From a virus (taxonomy: Duplodnaviria > Caudoviricetes): a stretch of 24,700 nt of DNA. The position numbers and the translations under genes are program-made. Shown here piece after piece: positions 10,304-19,768 of the stretch. The stretch's first letter is position 1. The number at the start of each line of letters is the position of its first letter. The stretch spans positions 1-24,700 of IMG/VR virus record IMGVR_UViG_3300034061_006082. One strand, written 5' to 3'. The notes beneath the pieces are model-generated. The model worked only from the letters and a program-made list of their open reading frames with translations, was not told where the DNA came from and did not search any database.

Positions 10304-12199
10304 CTATTGAGTATTTGGGTTTGGGTTATTTGGGTTAGTTCCGATATCAAACAATATCTGACCTACATCACAACCATCAGTTGTAGGGTCAGTTATAACT
10401 GTTAAGTCGACAGGTACCTTACCTCCTTGATAAAGACCTAACTCATCAGGATTTGTTGGTGTAGCATAATCACTTGGTATGTTATAATTTTCAGGTGTTA
10501 TTCTAAAAATTGTATCAATAAAAGGATAATGAGCATTATTCAAAAAAGGATAATCAACACCAACACCATCACCACTAATAAAACCATAAGGATAAAGATC
10601 TCTCCATCTAAAAGATGAATTTAATGTTGAATAGTAAGAATATTCAGGAAGATCCACGATGTTCTGATCGTTTGATTCTTCAATGTATTCTGAAAATTCT
10701 CTTATCCCGATTGGGTTGTGAGGTTGATAAAAATATCCAAACAAATTTGTTGTTGGTAAAGTTGAGAAATTCAAACTAAACCAATTATTGTTGTAAGTAA
10801 TTTTGTGTTGATAAACTGAAAGTGTTCTCTCTATTTGTTCAAAATTATTCCATTCACAAAAATCCCCATCTATCGTATCACCTGAGGTCAATAAATCGTT
10901 ATAGAAGAATGGTCCTTGATTTACCAAAGAAGTATATTGAGATTGATTGATTGTAGTATTTGAATCTAAATTATTTTGGTCCCACCATACCTGTGGTTTA
11001 CCTTTATCTAAATAGGTATTGAATTCCCACCCTTGTTTTAATTTTTGTGTCCAACCAAAATAACCTCTCCATACTGTTGTAAAATATAATTTACTTATTG
11101 GTCTGTTTTGATTATCTAATAAATTTCTTAAATCGACATCACAATTGAATGATAAGGTATAGGATCTTGACCCTTCTTTAACAGAAGTTCTTTTAACCTG
11201 ATTAGGAGTTAAAGGTTTGATCTCACATTTTGTTTTATCGTTATACACATTCTTTTCGTATCCTGCATTAACTAACACAGCACAATCTGAATCCGTAAGT
11301 AATCTATGTCTTCTAACATAATATGAACTAATAGTATCGGCCAAATTTGTCTTATCCAAAACTCTTTTGAATGTACCTTGATTTAGGGTTACAAAAGTTG
11401 TTCCTGTGTATCCAACATTTTGAATACCAAAGATATATTCCTCAGATCCTGAACCACCATCCCCTAAACTATCAACTTGGAAGATGGAGTTATTGTTATA
11501 GTTTATAGACAACAAAACAAATTGTCCAATACTAAGATTATGTTTTATAGGACACTTAAATGTAATCTGATTAGTAATAAGATCACTTCCCGCAACAATA
11601 TAAAAAGGTATTCCATCTGATGCCACCCAACTCCAAGATATTTGAGTCTGTGGTTCAACGGCATACATTTGTTTGTTTGGGTTATTTGAGTAAGCATAAC
11701 TTAAGTAGTGTGACCAATTGTAAGTTGTTGCACTAACTGATTTAAAATCTAAATGTCTTCCTGATCCTGCGGTATAACCTTGTACGCCAGCATCAGTTCT
11801 AATAAAATCAAACTCAGGGTATTGTGGGAGTCCATCCCAAGGTACTGTTTGATCTGTTGGTTGTGGTGGTACTGATGGTACATTTCCTGTTGGGTAATAA
11901 GAAATTGCGTTTTGTAGTGCGTTTGTATAATATAGGTTATCTCTATATGGTACATATGTTGTTGACCCACTTAAAGCGTTTTCAAATAAAATTGTAAACT
12001 TAGTAACAGGTCTAAAAATTGTAGATTGTTGTCTTTCTTCATCAAAAACCGCAAGTAAACTAAGATCTGTTGTACGATCAAATTCAACCAATTCTTTCAT
12101 TGATTGTTTCAATGGTACATTAATAAACTGATCACTCAAAGGTGCCGATTTAAACCTCTGAGTTGATTCAATTATTCTTGTTGATGGATCTACATTCAT
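10304..12199 (-). CDS. Hypothetical protein, probable baseplate/virion component
   Basis: 631-aa ORF starting 1 nt after the stop of the 1880-aa gene. No family recognised. Confidence 0.6.
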   Translation of the reverse strand: MNVDPSTRIIESTQRFKSAPLSDQFINVPLKQSMKELVEFDRTTDLSLLAVFDEERQQSTIFRPVTKFTILFENALSGSTTYVPYRDNLYYTNALQNAISYYPTGNVPSVPPQPTDQTVPWDGLPQYPEFDFIRTDAGVQGYTAGSGRHLDFKSVSATTYNWSHYLSYAYSNNPNKQMYAVEPQTQISWSWVASDGIPFYIVAGSDLITNQITFKCPIKHNLSIGQFVLLSINYNNNSIFQVDSLGDGGSGSEEYIFGIQNVGYTGTTFVTLNQGTFKRVLDKTNLADTISSYYVRRHRLLTDSDCAVLVNAGYEKNVYNDKTKCEIKPLTPNQVKRTSVKEGSRSYTLSFNCDVDLRNLLDNQNRPISKLYFTTVWRGYFGWTQKLKQGWEFNTYLDKGKPQVWWDQNNLDSNTTINQSQYTSLVNQGPFFYNDLLTSGDTIDGDFCEWNNFEQIERTLSVYQHKITYNNNWFSLNFSTLPTTNLFGYFYQPHNPIGIREFSEYIEESNDQNIVDLPEYSYYSTLNSSFRWRDLYPYGFISGDGVGVDYPFLNNAHYPFIDTIFRITPENYNIPSDYATPTNPDELGLYQGGKVPVDLTVITDPTTDGCDVGQILFDIGTNPNNPNPNTQ

Positions 12200-12200
12200 A

Positions 12201-15200
12201 TTATAACTCGTTTACAACATATAGTTTAAAGAATCTGTCGATCGCAGTCTTACCATTATTTAACCCAAAATAAAAATGATATGGTGCTCCAACTATTATT
12301 GAATTACTATAAATTTGAGTTGTGTTATTCTGTGAACTTGGGTCTCCTTGTAAGATGTTCGCTAAATTCATAATTGGAGTAGGAACCCCATTAACATAAT
12401 TACTTATAAAACCATTTTGTGTTGTTGTGGTTCTATACTTTTCACCTCCTGTTGTAAAGTCTATGTCTTGATATTTTTTAGGGTAAAAACCTAATTGATT
12501 ATTCTGAGGTGTTTGTATTGGGTATGTATCAGTAAACCAATTGTTATCCTCAGATCCAAAAATATTAGGAGTACCTGCGGAAACTGAAGGTTTTTTTATT
12601 GACCATCTATAAAACGGTACTTCTTGAGATTTAGGATAACCAAAGTCTTCTTCTATTAATGGGTTGAAGTTGTATGTTTCAATACCTGGGGACATGATCT
12701 TTCTATAATATGTTTCATCATCATCAACTTGGAAGAACAACCCCATGATAGGTCTTATTTCGTCCCCTGAAAGTGATGTTGTTCCATTATTGTTATCACC
12801 AAAATAAATATAATCGTTAGGGTTAGGTTGGGGTAAGTTATCTGTTATGAACGGTAAAACTTTCCATTCTGAATTTATAGATAACATTTGAGCCCAATCA
12901 CCATCAATTCTATACCCACCTCTTGTACTATTAAAGAATTGTATTATACCCTTTCCTTCAGAACTATCTCCACCTGTAGATATAGGTATCATTCTTTGTC
13001 TTACACCTTCATTCAAGATTCTTGATAGGAATCCTAATTGGATTATATCTGAATTATCTTGATATGATGTTGTTTTAATTTGGTCAGCATAATATGATCC
13101 AAAACCATCTTCTCCTGAGGTACAACAAATTTGATTAATAAAATAATCTCTTGGTCCTAAATCGGTAATAGTTGTTGGGAACTGAATTTGTTTTTTGTTA
13201 TAACCAAACCCAGGGAAATTAATACCAGCAGCATTTGGATTAGTTTGTGGCGAATCTTTACCAATAAATCTCTGAGTTGATTTATTCCATGGTGATGATC
13301 TATAGAAGAACACATTTGATATCTCATTGAACATGATCACATCTTCACAGTAATTGTATACTGGATTCGCAAAAGCATCAAATGTTGTTCTCTTATTGAA
13401 GTTGTACATGTAAAGAACTCCATTGATCCAATTGTTTTGGAATACCTGACCAAATACTCCTCTACATGCCGCAAAGTTCATTGTAAATCTTACTTTCCAT
13501 TCTAAAAACAATCTAGCGTCAGCACCATATTCAACTAAATAAGTTTTGTTCAATAAACAATAACAACCATTAATCATTCGATTTTCAGGAATTGAGCATT
13601 GACCTGCAGGTACCACACCAACATTACTACCTGAACCTGAATAACATTCCAAAGGTACCATACCTTCACAACTTAATGTTTCTGTAAGTGCTTGTGTTGT
13701 TGGGTCATCATCTTGATTTTCACCCGTAAATAAATCACCTCCTGCCGTTATGAACGGATAAGATACGGGACCTTGTACGGTAAATACGGCAAAATTATCG
13801 TTTTGATGAAGACCAAAACCTGTCTGTGTTCCTGTGGCACCATTTTGTACTGTTGATGAGGTTGGTAACCTATCACTTCTCATTACAATGTTTACAGAAC
13901 TACTAAAATTAACACCAGGTAAATTATATCTATAATAAGCCGGTGAATACAATGCCGTAAGATTACCTGCCGCGTTTATTCCGGTGTAGAATGTTGACCC
14001 CGTATTAAAGTATTCAAGGTTCTGACAGTCTTGGTCACAGGAAGGAGAGCTTGAATTGTTACCCGTATATAGTAACATAGTTTGTGTTGGGGATTGAGCA
14101 TCAACCCATCTTATGTATGTACCACCAACCATATAAAATGATTGATTTGCAACAGGTAATTGTCTACCATTTGTGTTTGTTAATATTTGATTACTTGAAT
14201 TTATATTAGTTTGCCACTGACCAGGGTATGGGTTATAGTTTGTTGATATAATATCATCAGTACTTAAATAATAGTAAGGATAATTAGAGGTGAAAGCAGT
14301 GTAATTTGATGGTGTTGGTGTAAATGTAAATGATGGGTAATATAAATTAGCTGTTGTGTTGTCTGCGGTATCATGACTTAATGGTTTATATCCTGTTCCT
14401 GATGTTGGTTGGATTGGTCTATTAAGATAATAACTTCCACTAACAATTGGTCCTTGTCCATAGGACTTTCCAAAAATCTTAGATAAATCGTATTCAATTG
14501 TTGGTTGTTTTGCGCTATGAGGATCAACTCCTCGAACAAAAATACAGATCTCAAGATTTTGATAATCAGTTATTCTTGTAACCACATTATTATAAACAAG
14601 ATCTAAAACACCACATTGATTTACCCCAATGACAACATCATGTAATAAATACTGAGATGGAAAAAACCCTGTATTACCTGTATTTGATAACGCAATAAAA
14701 TCATTGAAGGTAACTCCAGTTATAAGTTGGAAATATTCAATATCAGTTGGGTATTGTAAATATGATTGTTCAACATTGTTATTACCTTGAACACTAAATC
14801 CACTTACCGTAGGTGAAACTATAACTATATTAGGTGTTGGTGAGTAAAAGGAAGTTGGTGAATTAGGGTTAGCGTATGGTACTTGCACAGAAATTGTGTT
14901 ACCTGTTGTTGTTACACCTGTTATTGCATTGTTTTGAAATTGATTGGTAGTAGCTCCTGTTAAGTTAGTTAATCTGTTTCCTGGTGAGGTAAAGTTTGGG
15001 TTAACATAATTTGGGTCTTGGAATGTAACCACATTTCCAACTCCTAATTGTGAAACCGCCCCTGTATTCATTAAAACAACGAGAACTTGATCTTCATAGT
15101 ATGAAGACCCCAAAGATGGATTTACAGTTGTTTTAATTCTGTTAACACCAGTACCGTTTGGTGTAACTGTACTACTTTTAAAGTACTTATCTCGAGTATT

Positions 15201-17843
15201 AAACTCGTTTAGTTTTTGACTTAATGTTACACTTTTTGGAAATGCGAAACCTCTTTGATCTGCGGCAGCATTTAAAAGAAGTGGTGCTAATTTTTTACCT
15301 GTGAAAAGAAAAGGTTGTGGAGCCTTTAACAAGTACTGAGGATTTGGTATGTATTTATTAGACGATGTTGATGAAAGAACATCATACCCTGAAAATAATC
15401 TAAGAAAATCTAAAGATGCTCTAACGGCCAAATCCGCTGATAATGCTTGGTCACCAATCAAAGTTCCCAAACTATCACAAGGATGATACGGACCTTCGTT
15501 ATCTTCATTAACACTCAAATTTGGGTGGTCAATATTATAAGATCCGGAATAGTTAACAGGTGCAATTAAAGTTTTAGGTATAGACAAAACTTCCGCTCCA
15601 AGTTGAGCGTTATTTGCTGCCCCCGCCGCTTCAATTTGTTGAGTGACAGAACTTTCATCGAAATCATCATCCATTTCAGCACTTTTACAATCACAATCAC
15701 AACTTGTACAATCAGGATAAGAGATCATAGGTAAACCAATTCTTGGGAAACCTTTTATTCTTGCCGCGGCAACCACAGCCACGGCAGTAAATGCTATTGA
15801 TAACCCTAATTTAAATGTTGCAACAATAACTTTGGCCGCTGCGGATAAAACTAATCTTACCGCCTCTAAAATACTTCCAACATTTACCACCGCACCCGCA
15901 CCAAAACTTACCATGTCCAATGCCGTGTTAAAAGCCGCAATCGCTGTTTGGACCGAATCCACTAATGCAACTGCCGCTTCGTAAGTAAAATATATTCCAA
16001 GAACAATCAAAACATATTTCAATAACGGCCACATAAATGATATAAAGTGGGCTATGAATAGTAATGTTAGGATTGGAAAAGTCAGAATATTAATTAGTAT
16101 ATTGAAAACGAAAAATATGAAATCAAAGTTTCTAATAATGTCATTCACAGGAAATGTGTTAACAGTAGACTTACAGCTTCTGTTATCAATTTCTTTTATA
16201 CCTAAATGTCTTGCTCTACCAATACCATTTTTATATCTATCCAAGAACATTCCTGTAGTATAAACTTTGTTGTATTTGAATTCATAGAAGCTATCTTCAC
16301 AGTTAATAGCCTCTTGAGCATTTGCATAATCATCCCAATCGGTACTAAACGCATAAGATCTATAAACATCAAAGAGCGATTGAGGAACAAATTGGAATAT
16401 GATATCTTGAGCTACTGTATTATCTAAAGGACTTGACACAAATTGTAGTGTATCTCCCGCATTAATTTGTATAGATTCAGGAGATCCAAAATATTGATCA
16501 CCATTAATGTATATTGAATAACTTTCGACATTGTAAAATATCGGACTTATGTAACCACCAGCTGGCGGACTCACAGTCTGACCTGATATTAACCCTATAG
16601 GGATTTGTGGATAAGCGTAGTTTGTAATTTGTGTAGGATCAAAAGGATCGTTTCCTGAATTGGTCCAACCATATTCTTTAATGTTTGGAACTAAAAAGTC
16701 GGCTCTTAAAAAACTACCTTGTAATCCTTGTTGTGTTTGCCATCTAAATTTGAATCTGTATTTTCCTTTTGTAGGTACTCCTACTGCAGGATCCGCAGAT
16801 AATACCTGTTGACCAAATTCATTTGTAGTAACATAATCCAAGTTCATTGGGACATTAACTAAGTAGGTTCCGTCTCCATCAATAACTTTACCTGCTTGTT
16901 CTATGTTCCATCTTTCAAGAATAGGTAAACCATTGATATCAGAAAAAATTGTTTGTCTAATTCCTTGTATTTCACCTTGACCTGCAATCAACTCACAAAG
17001 ATTACCGGTATTGTTTTTTGGTTTACAACTTACTTTTAAAGCATCATCATCAGTTGTTGATATTATCGATCCCATGAATATTGCGGTAGGCTGTATATTG
17101 ATATTAGCTTGTTTTGTTAAATCAAAGTCAACTCTTGTAATACCAATTTGACATAAATCCTCACTTCCCCAAAATGGTCTAACATTAACTGTATAGATAA
17201 GGTTTTTGATTTGTGGTAACTCTCTTAAGTTTGTGGATGACTTGAATCTTGCTCCATCAACTTGTGTTTCTGTTGCCAAACCTTGTTGTATCAAATCTTG
17301 TGGTGATAAAGAAAAACATCCAATATCCGATAAGTCAACATCCATTACAATAGTTTGTTCACCTGTCGGTACTCCAAAAATCATAAAGTCACCACTTTCG
17401 TTTGTTGTAACAGAAAATCTATAATACTTGTCATATACCTCAATATATGATTCATTCATTAATACATCCCCTTTGTTTGGGAATGACCCTGTGGATACAT
17501 GTCCATCGTATGAAGGTAACTTAGGTAGTAGGTTATATCTGTAACCCTCTTCAGTTGTATCATTAATACTTCTAAATGGGTATAGTTCTGAAATAACGGG
17601 ATCTAATTCGTCTGTATCAGTTAAAGGAATGAAAATTGATACTTTAGCATTTGGTAATCCAAACCCCCCATTTACAAATACACGACCCGTTACAACACCG
17701 TAATCGGCACAAAAACGAGTGTAAATATTATTAGCAAGAATCTTCAGAGACAATATCTCAAGTTGTTCCCAATCTTGTTCTAAATTTACATTTATGTATT
17801 TATCGACACCAACTTGTGTCCTTATTCTATATGATTTAGACAT
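12201..17843 (-). CDS. Giant baseplate-associated protein with an N-terminal carboxypeptidase-regulatory-like beta-sandwich, an internal hydrophobic helical segment and Cys clusters
   Basis: 1880 aa. GVVTGRVFVNGGFGLPNAKVSI...VTTNESGDFMIFGVPTGEQTI resembles a CarboxypepD_reg/prealbumin-like fold. Residues ~572-694 are strongly hydrophobic and are followed by YPDCTSCDCDC. Immediately downstream of the gp6 homologue. Confidence 0.6.
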   Translation of the reverse strand: MSKSYRIRTQVGVDKYINVNLEQDWEQLEILSLKILANNIYTRFCADYGVVTGRVFVNGGFGLPNAKVSIFIPLTDTDELDPVISELYPFRSINDTTEEGYRYNLLPKLPSYDGHVSTGSFPNKGDVLMNESYIEVYDKYYRFSVTTNESGDFMIFGVPTGEQTIVMDVDLSDIGCFSLSPQDLIQQGLATETQVDGARFKSSTNLRELPQIKNLIYTVNVRPFWGSEDLCQIGITRVDFDLTKQANINIQPTAIFMGSIISTTDDDALKVSCKPKNNTGNLCELIAGQGEIQGIRQTIFSDINGLPILERWNIEQAGKVIDGDGTYLVNVPMNLDYVTTNEFGQQVLSADPAVGVPTKGKYRFKFRWQTQQGLQGSFLRADFLVPNIKEYGWTNSGNDPFDPTQITNYAYPQIPIGLISGQTVSPPAGGYISPIFYNVESYSIYINGDQYFGSPESIQINAGDTLQFVSSPLDNTVAQDIIFQFVPQSLFDVYRSYAFSTDWDDYANAQEAINCEDSFYEFKYNKVYTTGMFLDRYKNGIGRARHLGIKEIDNRSCKSTVNTFPVNDIIRNFDFIFFVFNILINILTFPILTLLFIAHFISFMWPLLKYVLIVLGIYFTYEAAVALVDSVQTAIAAFNTALDMVSFGAGAVVNVGSILEAVRLVLSAAAKVIVATFKLGLSIAFTAVAVVAAARIKGFPRIGLPMISYPDCTSCDCDCKSAEMDDDFDESSVTQQIEAAGAANNAQLGAEVLSIPKTLIAPVNYSGSYNIDHPNLSVNEDNEGPYHPCDSLGTLIGDQALSADLAVRASLDFLRLFSGYDVLSSTSSNKYIPNPQYLLKAPQPFLFTGKKLAPLLLNAAADQRGFAFPKSVTLSQKLNEFNTRDKYFKSSTVTPNGTGVNRIKTTVNPSLGSSYYEDQVLVVLMNTGAVSQLGVGNVVTFQDPNYVNPNFTSPGNRLTNLTGATTNQFQNNAITGVTTTGNTISVQVPYANPNSPTSFYSPTPNIVIVSPTVSGFSVQGNNNVEQSYLQYPTDIEYFQLITGVTFNDFIALSNTGNTGFFPSQYLLHDVVIGVNQCGVLDLVYNNVVTRITDYQNLEICIFVRGVDPHSAKQPTIEYDLSKIFGKSYGQGPIVSGSYYLNRPIQPTSGTGYKPLSHDTADNTTANLYYPSFTFTPTPSNYTAFTSNYPYYYLSTDDIISTNYNPYPGQWQTNINSSNQILTNTNGRQLPVANQSFYMVGGTYIRWVDAQSPTQTMLLYTGNNSSSPSCDQDCQNLEYFNTGSTFYTGINAAGNLTALYSPAYYRYNLPGVNFSSSVNIVMRSDRLPTSSTVQNGATGTQTGFGLHQNDNFAVFTVQGPVSYPFITAGGDLFTGENQDDDPTTQALTETLSCEGMVPLECYSGSGSNVGVVPAGQCSIPENRMINGCYCLLNKTYLVEYGADARLFLEWKVRFTMNFAACRGVFGQVFQNNWINGVLYMYNFNKRTTFDAFANPVYNYCEDVIMFNEISNVFFYRSSPWNKSTQRFIGKDSPQTNPNAAGINFPGFGYNKKQIQFPTTITDLGPRDYFINQICCTSGEDGFGSYYADQIKTTSYQDNSDIIQLGFLSRILNEGVRQRMIPISTGGDSSEGKGIIQFFNSTRGGYRIDGDWAQMLSINSEWKVLPFITDNLPQPNPNDYIYFGDNNNGTTSLSGDEIRPIMGLFFQVDDDETYYRKIMSPGIETYNFNPLIEEDFGYPKSQEVPFYRWSIKKPSVSAGTPNIFGSEDNNWFTDTYPIQTPQNNQLGFYPKKYQDIDFTTGGEKYRTTTTQNGFISNYVNGVPTPIMNLANILQGDPSSQNNTTQIYSNSIIVGAPYHFYFGLNNGKTAIDRFFKLYVVNEL

Positions 17844-17860
17844 TAATTTTCCTTTTTTTG

Positions 17861-17867
17861 ATAAATA
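17861..17867 (-). promoter_or_regulatory. TATTTAT motif, candidate late promoter
   Basis: Minus strand reads AAACTATTTATCAAAAAAAGGAAAATTA-ATG, with the motif 17 nt upstream of the start at 17843. Confidence 0.5.
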
Positions 17868-17875
17868 GTTTATTT

Positions 17876-17897
17876 CCTATTTTCAATAAAAAATAGG
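17876..17897. other. Intergenic 8-bp inverted repeat
   Basis: CCTATTTT-caataa-AAAATAGG between the gp6-like gene and the 1880-aa gene. No U-tract follows on the coding (minus) strand. Confidence 0.35.
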
Positions 17898-17920
17898 TTT
17901 CTTTCAAAAAAAATAAATCA

Positions 17921-19762
17921 CTAAGAGAAATTAACAGACTTAAGATTAAGAACTCTGATATTAATGTCCTTATTTGGGTATCTAACTTGGTAAATTTGAG
18001 TTGGTGTTGCAAATAAAGTATCTGCAACTGGTTGGATTTGTCTTGTTACAGGGTCTAAATATGTCATCGAAGTTTGAGTTGATGAGTATTGACCTCCAAC
18101 TTGGTTGAAGAACAGAACATCTGAAACTGAAACGATACCGTTTTCAGATTGGATTAATCTTTTTAGTTCTGATATATTAACATTCTGACCTAAGTTCCTT
18201 ACTAAAGGATTAAAGAAGTCTGTAACTATTTCTATTGTTTTTGCAATTATCGCACCTTGGTTCTGACTATTGTCTAACACCACATCTACAGTTACCGCTA
18301 AGTCTATAGTTTCGGCCGCCTCAATAGATATATAATCATTAATCATTCTAAAATTAGAAAGGTAGTTCGCAACATTTTGTTTTAATGTATTTGATACAAC
18401 ATTTGTTAATACACCACTTGAATCATAAGACAACATTTTAATTCTAATTTTGTTGTTTTCTTCAGTTATAGCTACCTTAGCAGGTGCCCCGAACTGTGCT
18501 GGCATAGTTCTTAAAATTGAATTGTAATCATTTACCGTTACCGCTCTGTTTTGTGCCGCAAAGTTAAATGATACCATGTTTCTAACATCTTCAGTTGTTG
18601 GTGGGTTAGCCCCTCCAATTGCCGCAGTAACATTATTACACTGTAAACTATTGGTTACACTTACATTGGCACTTGCCGATGGTCCGTTAACCGCAAATGA
18701 AACAGTACCAATTTGAGTTATTGTGTTGATACCAACATTACTTGATAATCCACCACCTATTCTGTACTGAACAAATAAAGTTGTGTTTGGTGAAAGTGCA
18801 GCACCCATAGCGTAATTATTGGTGTAACGACTAAGATCAAAACCTTTACCGTCTCTTGCAAATTCTTTTAATTGTTCGTCAGCAGAAATATTACCACCAC
18901 CAAATGTTAACTTACAGAAACCTTGAGGTGTATATTCAGAAATAAACTTATTAGATGTCGTTATATATAACCCAACTTTAATACCAGGTTGATCAGAAGT
19001 TTTAGTTGGGTCTTCAACAAAAACTCTATCCTGAACAAGAGCATCCACTTCAAACCATCTTTCAGGTCCTATAGTAATAAAGTCTTGTGGGTTTGGTATT
19101 GTGGAATACTGAGTACCAGATTTTAACAAAACACTAGTTATACCCAAAACATTTTTTTCAGGTAGAAACAATTCTAAATAAGGTTTACTATCGTTTGGTG
19201 TTATAACTCTTTTAAAGACCTTTGTAATTCCGTTTACGACAACTTCTCTTTTTGTAATTGTGTAGTTTACTAACTTACCACTAGAATCAAAATTTGGTAC
19301 TTTAATTCTATTTGGAGCTCCTTCAGCATTTATTGGTGATGCGAAATCAATATCATAAACAGTTTCAAATGGTTGACCCGCACCGTTTACTTGTGAACCT
19401 CTTCTTAATACCCCACAGTATCTTAAATCTTCTCTATCCCCAAAAGCAGGAACAGTAATAGAAAAATCCACTAACGCAACTGAAGGTCTTTGACCTGGTA
19501 CTTTTAAACCATATGTTCTTGCAATATTGTAAACAGAATTTTTTTGTTGTGCAAACTGTAGTACGGTTTCTTGAATACTTCTATCTATTTGATAGTTAAG
19601 GTTATCTGTTACCGCAGCATTCAAATCTAACATTACAGAGAAAATACCTGCATCGTTAAAGTTCTGAACTAAATCAGGGTAGTAAGTTCTTGTAAAATTA
19701 ATTAGCTCAGTTCTTACTCCTTGAAAGTCCCTCACCGTATAGGAAATCTTCTTTTCTGCCAT
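17921..19762 (-). CDS. Baseplate wedge subunit, T4 gp6 / baseplate J-like
   Basis: 613 aa. N-terminal YTVRDFQGVRTELINF...MLDLNAAVTDNLNYQIDR...AQQKNSVYNIARTYG and later TFGGG, YRIGGGLSSNV, AAIGGANP and FAAQNRAVTVNDY are typical gp6 motifs. Directly follows gp25. Confidence 0.88.
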   Translation of the reverse strand: MAEKKISYTVRDFQGVRTELINFTRTYYPDLVQNFNDAGIFSVMLDLNAAVTDNLNYQIDRSIQETVLQFAQQKNSVYNIARTYGLKVPGQRPSVALVDFSITVPAFGDREDLRYCGVLRRGSQVNGAGQPFETVYDIDFASPINAEGAPNRIKVPNFDSSGKLVNYTITKREVVVNGITKVFKRVITPNDSKPYLELFLPEKNVLGITSVLLKSGTQYSTIPNPQDFITIGPERWFEVDALVQDRVFVEDPTKTSDQPGIKVGLYITTSNKFISEYTPQGFCKLTFGGGNISADEQLKEFARDGKGFDLSRYTNNYAMGAALSPNTTLFVQYRIGGGLSSNVGINTITQIGTVSFAVNGPSASANVSVTNSLQCNNVTAAIGGANPPTTEDVRNMVSFNFAAQNRAVTVNDYNSILRTMPAQFGAPAKVAITEENNKIRIKMLSYDSSGVLTNVVSNTLKQNVANYLSNFRMINDYISIEAAETIDLAVTVDVVLDNSQNQGAIIAKTIEIVTDFFNPLVRNLGQNVNISELKRLIQSENGIVSVSDVLFFNQVGGQYSSTQTSMTYLDPVTRQIQPVADTLFATPTQIYQVRYPNKDINIRVLNLKSVNFS

Positions 19763-19768
19763 ATATAA

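Noticed and set aside
12201-17843. 1880-aa protein as a classical tape-measure protein
   Set aside because: Apart from the ~120-aa hydrophobic segment it is rich in Pro, Gly, Asn, Thr and aromatic residues and looks beta-structured. It lacks the long Ala/Leu/Lys helical repeats of tape measures.
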